Of a DNA stretch of 64,000 nucleotides, positions 61,457 through 64,000 are shown piece by piece. The notes under the pieces were generated by a model, which had not been told where the DNA came from, did not search any database, and was given only the letters and a program-made list of their open reading frames with translations. How positions within the stretch are numbered: the first letter of the stretch is position 1; each line of letters starts with the position of its first letter. The position numbers were made by a program, and so were the translations under genes. Origin of the DNA: an uncultured delta proteobacterium (GTDB lineage: Bacteria > Myxococcota > Myxococcia > Myxococcales > Myxococcaceae); assembly GCA_963713045.1 (NCBI GenBank), contig CAVQKE010000004.1, forward strand, positions 800,001 through 864,000, in the 5' to 3' direction.

Positions 61457-62191
61457 TTATTCGACGCGCAAGATGGCCCCAGGCGGGAGCTCGCGCTGCA
61501 ATCGCGCCACGGCAGCGTCCACCGCCCCCTTCTCCAGGCCTTCGACGGTGACGCGCACCCGATGGTCCGTTCCCGCAGCGTATTGGGGATAGCTTCCGAT
61601 GCCGACACCGGGCATCTGCAGGGCCACTCGGTCCAGAGCGCTGGCAATCTCCGCCTCGCCACGCCCGAGGTACAACGCCCGCTGAAAGACGGTGCGGCCC
61701 GGGAGCGTCCTGAGCACCGTCTCCAGTTGCCGACGAAACAGCGGTGGGATGCCCGGCAAGAGGAAAATGCGGTCACAGGCCAGCACGGGGTACCAGGAGC
61801 CCTCGGTGTGCAGAAGCTGCGTACCCTCCGGCGCCTCCGTCAAGCGCAAGACTTCCGGCGTATGGACTTCTGGGTAATGCGCCTCCAGAAGCGCGAGCAT
61901 CTCCGGCAGGCGAACCACCCGCCGCCCAAGCGCCAGGGCTACCGCGCGCACCGTGACGTCGTCATGGGTGGGCCCGATGCCCCCGGAGGTAAACAGCCAT
62001 CTCGCCTGCCGGCGTGCCTGCACCACCGCGTCAACAATGGCGCCGACCTCGTCGGGGATGACGCAAAGCGAGCTGAGCCCGATGCCATGCTCCCGCAAGC
62101 GTTGGATGAGGTAAGCGCCGTTTTCGTCGACCACTTGGGCGTTGAGCACCTCATTCCCAATGATGACCGCTGCAGCAAGGCTCGTTTCCAT
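61457..62191 (-). CDS. CinA-like molybdopterin-binding domain protein
   Basis: IGNEVL, SGGIGPTHDDVT, LPGIP, IGSYP. Confidence 0.88.
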   Translation of the reverse strand: METSLAAAVIIGNEVLNAQVVDENGAYLIQRLREHGIGLSSLCVIPDEVGAIVDAVVQARRQARWLFTSGGIGPTHDDVTVRAVALALGRRVVRLPEMLALLEAHYPEVHTPEVLRLTEAPEGTQLLHTEGSWYPVLACDRIFLLPGIPPLFRRQLETVLRTLPGRTVFQRALYLGRGEAEIASALDRVALQMPGVGIGSYPQYAAGTDHRVRVTVEGLEKGAVDAAVARLQRELPPGAILRVE

Positions 62192-62222
62192 GACGCCCTA
62201 GGGCAAACCCAACTTTTCTAGC

Positions 62223-62870
62223 CTAGCGCAAGCGCTGCGGTGGCCGGGCAGGCCGGCGGCCGAGGACCTTCTCGACGGCGGCGAGCACCTGGGCCGCGAC
62301 AGCGTCGACTGTCAGCTCCCCGTCGAGCCGGCGAACGTGGTGCTTCCGGCCATCGCGCCTCAGCACGGCGTCGTAGGCCCGGGCCACCGCGGCCTGGGTG
62401 CGGGCGTCGTCAAACCGCTCGGCGCGGCCGCCTCGGCGGCGGCGCCGGGCAGCGGCCACCCGAGGCCGCACCTCCAGGAAAATCGTCAAGTCCGGGGCAG
62501 GAGCTTTTGCATTCAGCGCCTGCAGCCACTGCTGGTCCAGCACGCGGCCCTGGTATGCGAACGAACTGAGAACGTAGCGGTCCGACACAACGACGGCGCC
62601 GGAGGCCAAGGCTGGCTCCACCGTGGACGCCAAGTGGTCCAGTCGGTCAGCGGCGAACAACAGCGCCAGCGCCGCCTCCGACAGCCCCTGGGCGCCCCCC
62701 CGCCTCAGCGCCTGACGCAGGAGCTGCCCCACTCGGCCTGAGGAGGGCTCGCGGGTGAGGACCACCGCGTGGCCACCCCGGCGAAGCGCCCGGGAGAGGC
62801 GCGCCGCCTGAGTGGTGGTGCCCGCCCCGTCCAGCCCCTCTAGAACGACGAAACGCCCCCGTCGCCTCAT
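62223..62870 (-). CDS. tmk: Thymidylate kinase
   Basis: EGLDGAGTTTQ, TREP, LLFAADR, SDRYVLSSFAYQG. Confidence 0.93.
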   Translation of the reverse strand: MRRRGRFVVLEGLDGAGTTTQAARLSRALRRGGHAVVLTREPSSGRVGQLLRQALRRGGAQGLSEAALALLFAADRLDHLASTVEPALASGAVVVSDRYVLSSFAYQGRVLDQQWLQALNAKAPAPDLTIFLEVRPRVAAARRRRRGGRAERFDDARTQAAVARAYDAVLRRDGRKHHVRRLDGELTVDAVAAQVLAAVEKVLGRRPARPPQRLR

Positions 62871-63265
62871 CGCGGCAGCAGCGAGCCCGGGTCGTCCAGG
62901 TGCAGCGAGTGGCGCACGCCCTTCAAGGACTCGAAGAGGGCCAGCTCTCGGACCAGTTCACGCTTTCCGCGCCGGTATTGGACGGCTGCGTACACCACCA
63001 ACCCGACGGCCACCAGCAAGGCGAGGAGCCCCCAAAACGGAAACCGAATGGAGTCCCAAAACAACTTGGCTGCAGCGCCGGTGAAGATGAAGGCCGCCAC
63101 CAGGGAGACTCCGGTGTGGGCGAAGTGGACGGTGCTGGTGCGGGAGGCCAACTGGGCGCGGAGACTTTCCAATTCGGCGCGGGCGGCGTCGCCGGCACGG
63201 GGGCCTGGTGGGTCAGAGGAGACCACGGGGAGGCGTACCCTACTCCAGCCACCGGGCACAGCCAC
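62867..63265 (-). CDS. Two-TM hypothetical membrane protein
   Basis: Two hydrophobic helices; overlaps the tmk start. Start uncertain. Confidence 0.7.
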   Translation of the reverse strand: MAVPGGWSRVRLPVVSSDPPGPRAGDAARAELESLRAQLASRTSTVHFAHTGVSLVAAFIFTGAAAKLFWDSIRFPFWGLLALLVAVGLVVYAAVQYRRGKRELVRELALFESLKGVRHSLHLDDPGSLLPR

Positions 63266-63274
63266 AAGCCCCGT

Positions 63275-63820
63275 CTAGAGTTCTGCGCCCAAGACGGAGC
63301 CGCAGCCCAAGCACCGGCGGCCCGGCACAGTGCGAACTCCGCACTGTGCGCAGCGCACCCAGGCCTCGGTGTCCACGGCTGAGGCACCTCGCGGCGCCGG
63401 TTGACTCCACGGCAGGCGCAGGCCACAGCGCTCGCACAGCAGCCCCGTGGCCTGGACGTTTCGGCAGTAGCGACACGTCACCGCAGCCAGGGTGGGAGGC
63501 GTGCGCTGGCCATCAGGCGCCTCGCGTCCGGTGTCCAAGTCGACGAGGCCGCCCGCCACCACGTCGGGCACCTCGGCAGCCCGGTTCCTCTCCCATTCCA
63601 CTTCTGACCAAGTCTCTGGCACGTCCGCCGACGCGAAGCGGGTGGACTCCAACTCGGGAAATGCAATGGCCGGCGTGGGGCCCACGGCAGTCGGCGCAGT
63701 CTCGAGGTCGGTCAACGGCACCACCGGCACCGCCGGGGCGCCCGTCACCGGCAGGGCGTGACCACACACCTCGCAGACGCTGGTCACGAGGGGCGTCTCG
63801 CAGAGTGGGCAGATGCTCAT
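63275..63820 (-). CDS. Multi zinc-ribbon hypothetical protein
   Basis: Six CxxC pairs. Confidence 0.75.
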   Translation of the reverse strand: MSICPLCETPLVTSVCEVCGHALPVTGAPAVPVVPLTDLETAPTAVGPTPAIAFPELESTRFASADVPETWSEVEWERNRAAEVPDVVAGGLVDLDTGREAPDGQRTPPTLAAVTCRYCRNVQATGLLCERCGLRLPWSQPAPRGASAVDTEAWVRCAQCGVRTVPGRRCLGCGSVLGAEL

Positions 63821-63829
63821 GCTGCAAGC

Positions 63830-64000
63830 CTACCAGCGCTGGCCCATCCCGCCTCGCGTCATCGGCACGAAGCGCACGGCCAGCAGCCTCTCGGTGTCAA
63901 AGGAGTCGTCGCGATGTCGGATGATGCGCACCAGTTCCTGGGTTCCATGCGGTGGACCTACTGGGCCGACCAATCGGCCACCCAGGCGAAGCTGCCCGAG
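63830..64000 (-). CDS. pcm: 3' end of a protein-L-isoaspartate O-methyltransferase
   Basis: QLRLGGRLVGPVGPPHGTQELVRI...LLAVRFVPM...*; runs off the right edge. Confidence 0.75.
   Translation of the reverse strand, partial: LGQLRLGGRLVGPVGPPHGTQELVRIIRHRDDSFDTERLLAVRFVPMTRGGMGQRW

Overview
This is GC-rich bacterial DNA, most consistent with a myxobacterium (Myxococcota). The evidence is a giant TPR protein, a zinc-ribbon/Pro-Ala repeat membrane protein, an atypical Hsp70 and DGG-repeat lipoproteins. A tRNA-Val(CAC) gene at 47755-47826 (-) splits the window in two. To the right is core-like, higher-GC chromosome: SCP2 protein, Hsp70, NlpC/P60, lysC, hutH, TPR protein, cinA-like, tmk and pcm. 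To the left is a lower-GC, island-like mosaic of about 47 kb. It carries general-stress genes and a HigBA-like toxin-antitoxin pair bracketed by a ~0.8 kb duplication whose promoter segment is inverted. It also carries a multicopper oxidase, a probable oxalate module (acyl-CoA ligase, PanE-like reductase, OxlT) and a large arsenic cluster (arsN2, arsR, arsI, acr3, arsC, gapdh, arsJ). That cluster is joined to two PstS genes, a flavoprotein disulfide reductase and pstCAB-phoU, followed by an ERG4/ERG24-type sterol reductase. Several features missing from the ORF track were read directly from the DNA: three pseudogenes, two small membrane ORFs, a Pho-box-like repeat and a shared TTC-N10-GAA operator. 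No integrase, transposase, rRNA or CRISPR array was found. All product calls come from motif recognition, not database searches.
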